Position numbers and translations under genes: made by a program. A stretch of DNA of 30,477 nt, taken from positions 1-30,477 of the forward strand of contig NW_021832614.1 in the NCBI RefSeq assembly GCF_006345805.1. The letters are read 5' to 3'. The notes under the pieces are model-generated. The model ran no database searches. It was not told where the DNA came from and saw only the letters and a list, made by a program, of their open reading frames with translations. Numbering within the stretch: position 1 is the stretch's first letter; each line of letters starts with the position of its first letter. Origin of the DNA: Octopus sinensis. Taxonomy: Eukaryota. This document shows, one piece after another, positions 21,084 to 30,477 of the stretch.

Positions 21084-21447
21084 CAAAGTTGAAAATTCAT
21101 GAGAGAACAAAGGTATGAGTCAGGGAAGATGGTAAGTCTCTCAAAACCTGCAGCAGGAAGTCTCCTTCGTTAGTATGTCTTTGATTGCGCAAAAGTGTTT
21201 AGATCCCTAACAGGACTAAAAGATACACGTCCCTGCTTCGTTGAGTAAACAAATGTGGCATATTTCGGAATCAAGTTGCAACCATAACATGTGTGTGTTT
21301 GTTTATGTGTCATTGTATGCCTTTCTGTTTGGGTGTATGTGTGTGTTTTTAGAGGACATGAATTACGTATTTAATTTTAATAAGCTCACTGCAGTTTCTA
21401 GTAGTTACAGTGCATGCAGAGATGGGTGCTTGGGAATAAGCTTATAG
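21084..21447 (+). repeat. Inverted duplicate of 11704-12067: 3' half of the host exon, splice donor (GT at 21132) and downstream intron
   Basis: Begins inside the LINE tail with shared CAAAGT. Confidence 0.95.
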
Positions 21448-21829
21448 CTTCTTCGAAGCTTCTAAAACGATATATAAATATGCATATATGTGTTTGCTTA
21501 AGATTGTTTGAATGCGTCTGTGTGTATGCAGTGGGGACCGAAGATCTTTTTTGTTTCCAAAAAATTACTATGTTAGTCGGGAATCGCAATTTGTAACAAA
21601 TGGACACATTTTCATGTATTCTATGTTGTAGCAGACCAGAAACATATAAAACAGTTATGCTCTGAAAAATCTTGGTCCCGGCAATTTTTTTGGGTCGGAT
21701 GTGCCAGAAAGGGTGTTACCCGGGCAACTAGGGCAACACCCCTGCCTCAACCACTGGTATCTATGTAGACATGTAAGCTTGTTGCATTTATATGTGGATG
21801 GATGGACGTATGTATGCAGGTAAGCTTGA

Positions 21830-21945
21830 TGTATGTATGTATGTATGTATGTATGTATGTATGTATGTATGTATGTATGTATGTATGTATGTATGTATGT
21901 ATGTATGTATGTATGTGTGTATGTATGTATGCATGTATGTATGTA
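21830..21945. repeat. (TATG)n microsatellite
   Basis: Read directly. Confidence 0.95.
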
Positions 21946-22205
21946 AGTATTATGAATGTGTACGCGTGTGTGATTTATTGTGTCACCACTATACAAAAAG
22001 GTAAACAATGCTAATTTCTTACAGAGAGAAAGTTGTGTGAAATATTTTGAGAAGAGGATTGTTGTCTATTTTAGGACCAAAGCTTTGTTGTTTACTTCAC
22101 TTGACTTAACATTTAGAACATACTTAAACAACCAGCCACTGTCTTGTGTGTCCCGACTACTACTCCTAGAGCCCATAGAAGATTGTTTTTAGTCAACCAT
22201 CCATC

Positions 22206-23640
22206 ATGTCAGCTACCTACGCATCGAAACTGAGATCTGCAAGTAGGGCTTCTCATCAAGATGATGGTCCTACCAATAGTCAGCTCAACGAACAGTTGCT
22301 GTTGCTCAAACAAGAGGTTGAGCACTTAAAGTCTGTTGTTGCTCTCTTACTGAATAAACAGTCTCCTGTTGACGCAGAGTCACCCTTGATTTCTTCCCTG
22401 GAGACGTCCAAACCGAAGGGAACAAAATCGAGGCGGCCAAATAAGGCGAAGGAACCGGCGGTCGTTTCTGCACATGATCGTTCCCGTGCGGATTCTTCCT
22501 CATCTGCCTTTTCGGTCCCGGAGGTTCCCCAACCTAATTTGAGGAGCGTAGACTCAAACCCACCTGAAGACCGTTGTTCTCCCCAACAGAAGAAACGTAG
22601 TCAAAACTCCAGTGGGGCGGATTTAGCTATGAAACCTGACCACGATAAACGGTCTCCTGTTGACGCAGGGTCACCCTTGATTTCTTCCCTGGAGACGTCC
22701 AAACCGAAGGGAACAAAATCGAAGCGGCCAAAGAAGACGAAGGAACCGGCGGTCGTTCCTGCACATGATCGTTCCTGTGCAGATTCTTCCTCATCTGCCT
22801 TTTCGGTCCCGGAGGTTCCCCAACCTAGTTCGAGGAGCGTAGACTCAAACCCACCTGAAGACCGTTGTTCTCCCCAAAAGAAGAAACGTAGTCAAAACTC
22901 CAGAGGGGCAGATTTGGCTATGAAACCTGATCACGATAAAATCCGTATGGGTTCTCCCTCACCTGTCCTTCCCATTAATGCCATTGCTCAACCAATTCTG
23001 AACGATCTCGATGTGGGTTCATCTGGGGAGTGGTGCTCCCCCAAACCGAAGAAGAGGCAGTGCAGTTCCAAACCAGGCGGGAAAATTATGACCACTAAAT
23101 CCATTCCGATCGACCCCACAGGCCGACATAAGTCCGATGGCTATGAAACCACCCTTTCGAAATCCTCCAATGAAGAATCGAATACCGCAGCTCATAGTAG
23201 AGAACTTTTTGCCCACTCAAGATCGGCAATAATATATGGCAAGGCTGAATCCACCTGTGATACAGGCATAAACCGCCTAAAAGATGACATTAATTTTGTT
23301 TCCGTTTTGGTTGGAAAATTGTTCTCTGTGAACGAAAATGTCAGTGTTCTTAAGGTCGCTCGGCTAGGAAGATTCCAAGCGAATCCAACCGCAGATACTA
23401 GACCACGCCCAATAAGGGTAATCTTTTCTTCTGATCGGGAGGCTTCAGTCTCTGAACAGAGCTCAGACGCATGCCTGGGAGGACCCCAATATGGGTTTTC
23501 GCGAGGAATACTCACTAAGAGAGAGAATTCGCCGGAGGAACCTGATATCCGAGCTAAAGATGAGGAAACAAATGGGAGAGAAGGGTTTACGAATCCAAGA
23601 TGGACAGATAATCAAGTCCTACCTCTGGTCCATGCTGTAG
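22206..23640 (+). CDS. ORF1 of LINE family B (likely frameshift at ~23445)
   Basis: AIIYGKAES..RLKDD..V..L..VARLGR..RPRPIRVIF, then in the alternative frame FREEYSLRERIRRRNLISELKMRKQMGEKGLRIQDGQI; resembles RRM-type ORF1 C-termini of CR1/L2 elements. Confidence 0.75.
22355..22940 (+). repeat. In-frame 291-bp (97-aa) tandem duplication in ORF1
   Basis: Units 22355-22645 and 22646-22936; peptide KQSPVDAESP...MKPDHD occurs twice. Confidence 0.97.
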
Positions 23641-23844
23641 TGCTGACAGGGAAAGTGATGTGAGGGCAAATCGAAGTGAAGTTGATACCCCCGTCAACGA
23701 TGCTATCTCTGATGCCCTTATTCTGCTTGTTCCCCAACTCCCGCCCCTCAGACTTCACAGCTCAGCATCGTCTACACCAACTCGTGCTCCTTATTCCCAA
23801 AGTTCAGTGAACTATTTACACTGGCCCTACGCGACTCCCCTGAT

Positions 23845-26225
23845 GTGATAGCTATCACCGAGACTTGGCTGACTCCAGCAGTAAAGGACTCAGAGATCCA
23901 CCTGCAGGGCTACGTCCTTTTCAGATGTGACAGAGGAAAAAGGCGAGGTGGAGGTGTTGCTGTGTATGTTAAGTCGGAGCACAAACCGTCCTGCGGTATT
24001 CTACCCACAAATGCTCAACCTACAACCAAATTCGATGCCGTCTATTGCAAGCTGAGCCTATCTGAGTTTTGCCTGCCCGTGTTGGCTGTCTACAGGCCGC
24101 CTCTAGCCGACCCCCAGGACGATGCTCATCTACTCGAAGCGATAAGATTCGTTTCAGCTTCGCATGACTGCTTGGTACTAGGCGACTTCAACGCTCCCAC
24201 GATCGATTGGCCCGCATCAATTTGTACAACATCTTCCCGGTTCGGCCAGGCCCTTCTTGACGTGGCTGAAGATTGTTTTCTATCGCAACATGTTGAATAT
24301 CCGACAAGGCATCGGTCTGGGCAGCAGCCATCCATGCTAGATCTGGTATTCTCCCGCTATCCAAGATCAGTGTCAGACGTATCTGTGTGCGCCCCTCTTG
24401 CCAAGAGTGATCATGCGGTCCTGAAGTTCGTCATGCACACAACTTTTTCCACGCCCACGATTACTTCGCTGCCACGTAGAGTCTTCTCTGCAATTAATCT
24501 TGAAATTCTAACCGAGGCTTCCGCGCTTCTGGACTGGCGTTCCCTGATGACGTTGTCCTCAGTTGACGAACTATGGTCATCCCTCAAAGCATATGTAATC
24601 TGTTGACTGACCAGGCAGTTCCCGTTGGACTTCCCAAGAGGAAGAAACACAAGCCCTGGGTGACGAAGAAGGTTAAACGAGAACGTCGACTCAGAGATAT
24701 TGCTTGGGCTGAATTCAAAAATCTGGATTCGACTGCAGCTTTTGAGGTGTACAAAACTCAACGAGACCGAGCCGTGAAAATTGAAAAGAAAGAACGCTTC
24801 AGTTATGAATACAAAATCGCGGCAAATGCCAGTAGCAATCCAAAAACCTTCTTTGCCCATGTCCAGCGGAATTCCCGCTTGAACAACCAGATTGCAACGT
24901 TGGTAGACTCAACAGGCGTATCGATTGAGGACCCTTATCAACAGAGTCAATTATTTGCCGAGGCTTTTTCAACTATTTTCAAACAAGATGATGGTCGTGA
25001 ACCCCCTCCATTTGATAGATCGGTACCTCCAATGCTTCGATTGATCATCACGCAGGACCAAGTCAAACGTGTTATTCAAGGCCTCGATGTCAACAAGGGT
25101 CACGGCCCTGACGGCATACACCCACGGGTTATCAAAGCGTTGGCTCCGGTCATCTGCGAGCCCTTAACATGACTATTCAATATGTCATTGGCGACGGGTG
25201 TTATACCTGCAGACTGGAGAACAGCGATAATCTGCCCAATTTTCAAGAAAGGGAGCCGCGAAGACCCGCTTAACTACCGACCGGTTTCCCTTACATCAAT
25301 AATCATCAAGATGTTCGAAACCATCCTTAAGAAAAGTATGATGCTCCACCTCCTAAACACAGCCTCGATCACTGATTCCCAACACGGCTTCGTGCCGAAG
25401 AGATCATGCTTGACCAACTTACTAGTAATGGAAGAATTGGTGACGCGCATCCTCGATGATAGTGATGCTGTTGACATCGTTTTATTGGACTTTGCCAAAG
25501 CTTTTGACTCGGTAAACCACCGCCTACTACTTGTCAAGCTTCAAGCATATAGTTTCCATCCGGATATTGTACGATGGGTTGGTGCCTTCCTCTCAGATCG
25601 CTCCTTCCAAGTCCAAGTTAATGGTTCGCGGTCCGACGTCTCCAGTGCGAGCAGTGGCGTGCCTCAAGGTTCAGTGCTTGGGCCCTTATTGTTCTTAGTC
25701 TTCATAAATGACTTGCCCGACGACCTCACGCAACACACCCTTCTATTTGCCGACGATGTCAAACTGGTCGCTCCTCGCAGTGATATAGAGGATCTTCGTC
25801 GATGCCTCCACCAAATTTGGAGGTGGTCTAACGAATGGGACCTGTGTCTGAACGTGTCAAAGTGCTGTCATCTGCCTGTTGGCTCTCCTCCTGCAACTCA
25901 ACTTGATTTCGAGCTGGGTCGTCTGCTGCTAGAGAGGACCGATCAGGTAAAGGACCTGGGTATCTTGGTGGATTCCTCCTTTTCGCCTTCAGCCCAGTGC
26001 GTCCATGCTGCCAACAAAGCACGCGGAATTCTGTTCTTGATTCGACGGTCATTCGGAATGCTCACAGCAGCCATATTCCTACCACTCTATGTCACGCTGG
26101 TGAGACCCATATTGGAATACGGGATTCAAGCCTCTTCTCCTTATCTCCTCAAAGACATACAGCATCTCGAAAGAGTCCAGAAGCTGGCTACCCGCATGGT
26201 TCATGGTCTCAAAAATTTGTCCTAG
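23845..26225 (+). pseudogene. ORF2 (APE + RT) of LINE family B
   Basis: Frameshift at ~24600, in-frame TGA at 25170-25172, TAG at 26223-26225 where the second copy has TAC. Confidence 0.92.
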
Positions 26226-26236
26226 GAAGACAAATT

Positions 26237-26435
26237 AATATCATTATTATTAATATTATTATTATTATATTAATATTACTATTATTATTATTATTATTTT
26301 TATTATTCTTATTAGTATTCTTATTATTATCATTATCATTATTATTATCATTATTATTATTATCATTAATATTATTATTATTATTATTATTATCATTATC
26401 ATTAACATTATCATTATCATTATTATTTTTTATTA

Positions 26436-26473
<38 letters not shown>

Positions 26474-26572
26474 ATTATAATATATTATTGTTATTATTGT
26501 TATTATTATTATTATTGTTGTTGTTGTTGTTGTTACTATTATTAATATTATAATAATGATAATAATAATAAA
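26237..26572. repeat. Imperfect (ATT)n array with ATC/GTT/AAT variants
   Basis: Read directly. Confidence 0.95.
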
Positions 26573-26890
26573 TCGACCCCAGGACTTATTCTTTGGAAGC
26601 CTAGTACTTATTGTATCTGTCTCTTTTGCCGAACCACTAAGTTACGGGGACATAAACACACCAGCATTGGTCGTTAAGCAATGTTGGGGTTGACAAGCAC
26701 AAACACACACACACATACACATATGTGTGATGGGCTTCTTTCAGTTTCTGTCTACCAAATCCACTCATAAGGCTTTGGTCGGCCCAAGGCTATTGTAGAA
26801 GACACTTCCCCAATGTGCCACGCAGTGGGACTGAACCCAGAACCATGTGGTTGGTAAGCAAGCTACTTACCACACAGCCACTCCTACACC
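26573..26890 (-). mobile_element. tRNA-derived SINE, 3'-truncated
   Basis: Minus strand GGTGTAGGAGTGGCTGTGTGG (A box), GGTTCAGTCCC (B box, 26827-26837), then a central domain and a GT tract. Confidence 0.85.
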
Positions 26891-26904
26891 TGTAGTGTGT
26901 GACA

Positions 26905-27014
26905 CTTACAGCACCTATGTTTCTCAAGCGGTCACCCATCTAAGTACTAACTAGGCTCGACATTACTTAACTTCGGTGATTGCACAAGAACCAATGCTTT
27001 CAACGTGATATGGT
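26905..27014 (-). pseudogene. 5S: 5S rRNA pseudogene or 5S-derived sequence, about nt 8-117 of 5S
   Basis: ACCATATCACGTTGAAAGCATTGGTTCTTGTGCAATCACCGAAGTTAAGTAATGTCGAGCCTAGTTAGTACTTAGATGGGTGACCGCTTGAGAAACATAGGTGCTGTAAG is colinear with invertebrate 5S as I recall it, with box A/C-like segments; many changes look like CpG decay. Confidence 0.9.
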
Positions 27015-27385
27015 AATGAAAATGTTTTTGTTTGAAATTATTGAAAAAAACTACCCAATAAAACACATTAACTATTCAACTTCTGTAATAAGCAATATGT
27101 TCCATAGAAATGAGAAGGGAAAAATCAAATAAAGTTCTATTGAAATTATTGAACATTGAAACTAGAATATCAGAAATACTTAATATCTTAAAATTTTGGT
27201 TTATCTTCCCCCCCTCCCTCCTTTGAATATGCTAATTGAAGCTACTGATCTGATCCATTGAAGATGTAAATGTTAGAGAATTCTGAATTATTATCTGAAA
27301 TTATTAATATTTTGCAAATATTTGGTATATATATCTTCTTGTTATACATACATAAGTACACCCCGTATCACACACATGTAATTTA

Positions 27386-27437
<52 letters not shown>

Positions 27438-27724
27438 CATTATAATGCACATACACACACAAAATACTATCATCATTTTGCATCTGTTTTCCATGCATGG
27501 GTAGGATGGTTTAGTGGGATTCAGTGAAGCAGAGAACTATATCTTTGCTCAAATAACTCATTTTTGGCATGGCTCCTATGAATTGATGCCCTTCCTAACT
27601 CCCAGCTGTAGAAACCATACCCAAACTGTGACCTTGGTGCAAAGAGGATGGTCCTCCAACTCACTATACATAATACATACATACCAGTACCGGTGGTACG
27701 TAAGAGAACCATCTGAACGTGGCT

Positions 27725-28030
27725 GTTGCCAGCGCTGCCCCAATGGCCTCGTGCCGGTGGCACGTAAAAAGCACTATCCGATCGTGACCGTTGCCAGCCT
27801 TGCCTGGCCCCTGTGCTGGTGGCACGTAAAAAGCACCACCCATTCGTGGCCGTTTGCCAGCCTCGTCTGGCACGTAAAAAGCAACCACTACACTCACGGA
27901 GTGGTTGGCGTTTGGAGGGGCGTCCAGCTGTAGAAACAATGCCAGATCAGATTGGCTTCCCAGACCCCAGTTGAACCGTCCAACCCATGCTAGCGTAGAA
28001 GGCGGACGCTAAACGACGATGATGATGATG
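27725..28030 (+). mobile_element. 3' tail of an RTE-type LINE or related SINE ending in (GAT)n, with three TGGCACGTAAAAAGCA units
   Basis: Motif at 27758, 27820 and 27868; ends AAACGACGATGATGATGATG. Diverged minus-strand copies at ~27465-27605 and ~28087-28270. Confidence 0.7.
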
Positions 28031-28828
28031 ATATTTATATATACACATTCACACACACACACACACATATATATACACTTATGTATCACCATCATCATCA
28101 TTTGGTGTCCCCTTTTCCATGCTAGTGTATGTTGGACCGTTTGACAAGAACAGACAAGCCAGAGAGCTGCGCCAGGTTCTGTGTCTGCTTTGGCATGATT
28201 TCTACGGCTGGATGCCCCTCCATAACGCCAACCATTTCAGAAAGTGTAATGGATGCTTATTACATGCCACTAATACCATTGATGTTACCAAGTACCTATA
28301 AGGCAAAACAAAAGTGGGAGTATATAATGGAGGAATAAGAAACTAGGATAGAAGGTCAGGAGTAGGTATCTTGCTGAAGAGGTGAATGTATAGCTTGACC
28401 ACCTAGAAAGAGAGGAAGCGAAAGAAATCAAAGTACAAGGTGAATATGAGAGACAGATATGTATATATTCACATATTTTGTCTGCTACTAGTACTTATGT
28501 TAAAAAGCACAGAAGTATCAATAACAGATGAAAAGTCTCCAGCACTGGTGATGGAATTGCTAGATCGCATGATCTCTGCTTATTTGAGTATCCACTATCA
28601 ACTGCATGCTTAGACAAATTTCTTCTTTGCTTGATACATTAAAAAAAACAGTGATTAATCAGTCACCAGTGTTGCAAATAGCTGGTGTGTTGGGTAAAAA
28701 TTCATTAATGGAAGCTGTATAAATATCATATATATACATATTTATATGCATGTATCTATCTGTCTATATGGATATCTATGTATATATGCAGGTAGATTTG
28801 GATATATATATATATATATATATATATA

Positions 28829-28980
28829 GGGAAAGTTTACGAAAAAAAACAAAAGACGAAGACAGGTGGTGTACAAAACAAACAGATGTATTAGTATAGC
28901 GCTCAGGAATAGAAAAAGTCTTTTACGTTTCGAGCTTACGCTCTTCTACAGAAAGGTACACAGAAAAAACAAGGAGAGAA
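28829..28980 (-). mobile_element. Short PLE-like terminal fragment abutting (TA)n
   Basis: Ends in TA array 28802-28828 and carries a minimal hammerhead-like motif. Confidence 0.6.
28920..28955 (-). ncRNA. 36-nt minimal hammerhead-like motif with variant core CUGUAGAA
   Basis: CUUU-CUGUAGAA-GAGC-GUAA-GCUC-GAA-ACGU-A-AAAG: perfect stems I and II, GNRA loop, ACGU palindrome. Confidence 0.68.
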
Positions 28981-29019
28981 GCATGAGAGAGAGAGATAGG
29001 ATGGGGGAGAGAAATATGG

Positions 29020-29083
<64 letters not shown>
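29020..29083. repeat. (TA)n(TG)n microsatellite
   Basis: Read directly. Confidence 0.95.
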
Positions 29084-29086
<3 letters not shown>

Positions 29087-29631
29087 GGTATGTGTCCTAG
29101 TAGATAGGGTTTGTACTGACAATCGCAAGATAGTGGCTTCAATTTCCAGACTGGTGGTACACTGTGTTCTTGAGCAGAACAATTCATTTCACATTGCTCC
29201 CGTCCCTGCAATGGTCTGGCGTTCCATTCAATGGGAGTGTTGGTCTTCCTACCTAACCAGTGAGGTAGCATCATTAGAAAGCTGCAATTCAGGGAAGTGC
29301 ATTGTGATCAGCAGTTTTTAACTACATCTGATGGTCTGGTTGATATACACACACAATATATTGGAATAAGGATTTCAAAATCAGGGCAAATACTTTATAA
29401 GCACTATGTCAGTTAGTCAATTTGAAGTTTGCTTTGAAGAATTTCACATAAAATTACAGAGTATATTAAAAAGTCACAAAGAAGAATGAATAATTACACA
29501 TCTTTAATTGATAGTTTACAACATATAAAATGCCAACACATTTCTGTTACACAAGCGTTTTGGAATCCTTGGATATGATGGTTTAGCACACTTATCAATT
29601 CACATTAAAGTGATTATAGTACCATATAGCT

Positions 29632-30477
29632 CCGCCTACTACTTGTCAAGCTTCAAGCATATAGTTTCCATCCGGATATTGTACGATGGGTTGGTGCCTT
29701 CCTCTCAGATCGCTCCTTCCAAGTCCAAGTTAATGGTTCGCGGTCCGACGTCTCCAGTGCGAGCAGTGGCGTGCCTCAAGGTTCAGTGCTTGGGCCCTTG
29801 TTGTTCTTAGTCTTCATAAATGACTTGCCCGACGACCTCACGCAACACACCCTTCTATTTGCCGACGATATCAAACTGGTCGCTCCTCGCGGTAGTATAG
29901 AGGATCTTCGTCGATGCCTCCACCAAATTTGGAAGTGGTCTAACAATTGGGACCTGTGTCTGAACGTGTCAAAGTGCTGTCATCTGCCTGTCGGCTCTAC
30001 TCCTGCAACTCAACTTGATTTCGAGCCGGGTCGTCTGCTGCTGGAGAGGACCGATCAGGTAAAGGACCTGGGTATCTTGGTGGATTCCTCCTTTTCGCCT
30101 TCGGCCCAGTGCGTCCATGCTGCCAACAAAGCGCGCGGAATTCTGTTTTTGATTCGACGGTCATTCGGAATGCTCACATCAGCCATATTCCTACCACTCT
30201 ATGTCACGCTGGTGAGACCTATATTGGAGTATGGGATTCAAGCCTCTTCTCCTTATCTCCTCAAATACATAAAGCACCTCGAAAGAGTCCAGAGGCTGGC
30301 TACCCGCATGGTTCATGGTCTCAAAAATTTGTCCTACGAAGAAAGGCTGAGGACGCTCGACCTTTGTTCTCTTGAAAAACGCCGCCGCCGTGGTGATCTC
30401 ATTCTCGCCCACAACATCATAAGCGGGAAGTGTAACCTCTCGAAAGAGCTGTTCTTCACTCCTGCTCCGGAGCGTCG
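29632..30477 (+). mobile_element. 5'-truncated second copy of LINE family B (RT C-terminal half, continues off the window)
   Basis: 29632-30342 aligns without gaps to 25520-26230 (about 24 substitutions by eye) and continues YEERLRTLDLCSLEKRRRRGDLI. Confidence 0.95.

Larger units (their letters stand above)
17036..21089 (+). mobile_element. CR1-like APE-RT LINE, family A, many frameshifts, 3' end intact
   Basis: Gln-rich and CCCH ORF1 remnant; APE (LLNAQG, ILTETHL, GLYRPP, IMGDFNLP, DLVF, SDHD); RT (NYRPISLTS, NQHGFR, YLDFSK.FD.VDH, VPQGTVLGPLLF, FTDD); 3' hairpin GGCCA-ATAA-TGGCC then ATCAAAGT. The 5' boundary is approximate. Confidence 0.88.
22130..26230 (+). mobile_element. CR1-like APE-RT LINE, family B, near full length but 3'-truncated
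   Basis: ORF1 22206-23663; APE (IAITETWL, VYRPP, LGDFNAP, LDLVF, SDHA); RT (NYRPVSLTS, SQHGF, LDFAKAFDSVNH, VPQGSVLGPLLF, FADD). The 5' boundary is approximate. Confidence 0.92.

Noticed and set aside
21053-21089. GGCCA-ATAA-TGGCC-GAAAC at the LINE A 3' end resembles hammerhead stem II plus GAAA
   Set aside because: No CUGANGA upstream (only CCTG) and no stem III or UH site; better explained as the usual LINE 3' stem-loop.
21706-21756. GGGTGTTACCC...GGGCAACACCC hairpin as a possible Helitron or DNA transposon end
   Set aside because: No partner terminus or TSD found in the window.
25170-25172. In-frame TGA in LINE B ORF2 as possible selenocysteine or readthrough
   Set aside because: Simplest explanation is CGA to TGA decay; the same copy has a frameshift and a TAG.
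28528-28610. Protein-like frame DEKSPALVMELLDRMISAYL after an AG
   Set aside because: Weak acceptor, no convincing donor, too short to support.

Overview
AT-rich, microsatellite-dense animal genomic DNA. The SINE and repeat families look like those I recall from octopus genomes, which is an inference and not a database result. The window is almost all transposable elements. (1) A near full-length R4/Dong-type RT+RLE non-LTR element (1-3868, minus) whose 5' end abuts a (TAA)n array. (2) A Penelope-like element (4813-9761; RT + C-terminal GIY-YIG) inside (TA)n, with 239-bp direct pseudo-LTRs, a ~1.05-kb inverted arm and a canonical type I hammerhead ribozyme (HHR). (3) Two different CR1-like APE-RT LINEs (17036-21089; ~22130-26230, with a second copy from 29632). 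(4) An RTE fragment, tRNA-SINEs, a Tc1/mariner-type MITE, fold-back elements and a 5S rRNA pseudogene. One convincing host exon lies at 12019-12127 (minus), and half of it is duplicated in inverted orientation at a LINE 3' end. The most interesting hidden layer is seven hammerhead or hammerhead-like motifs, most in (TA)n-flanked elements and three with non-canonical cores. The Penelope layout could let one ribozyme cut at a half-site 3666 nt upstream. Most short ORFs in the track are microsatellite or antisense artefacts.
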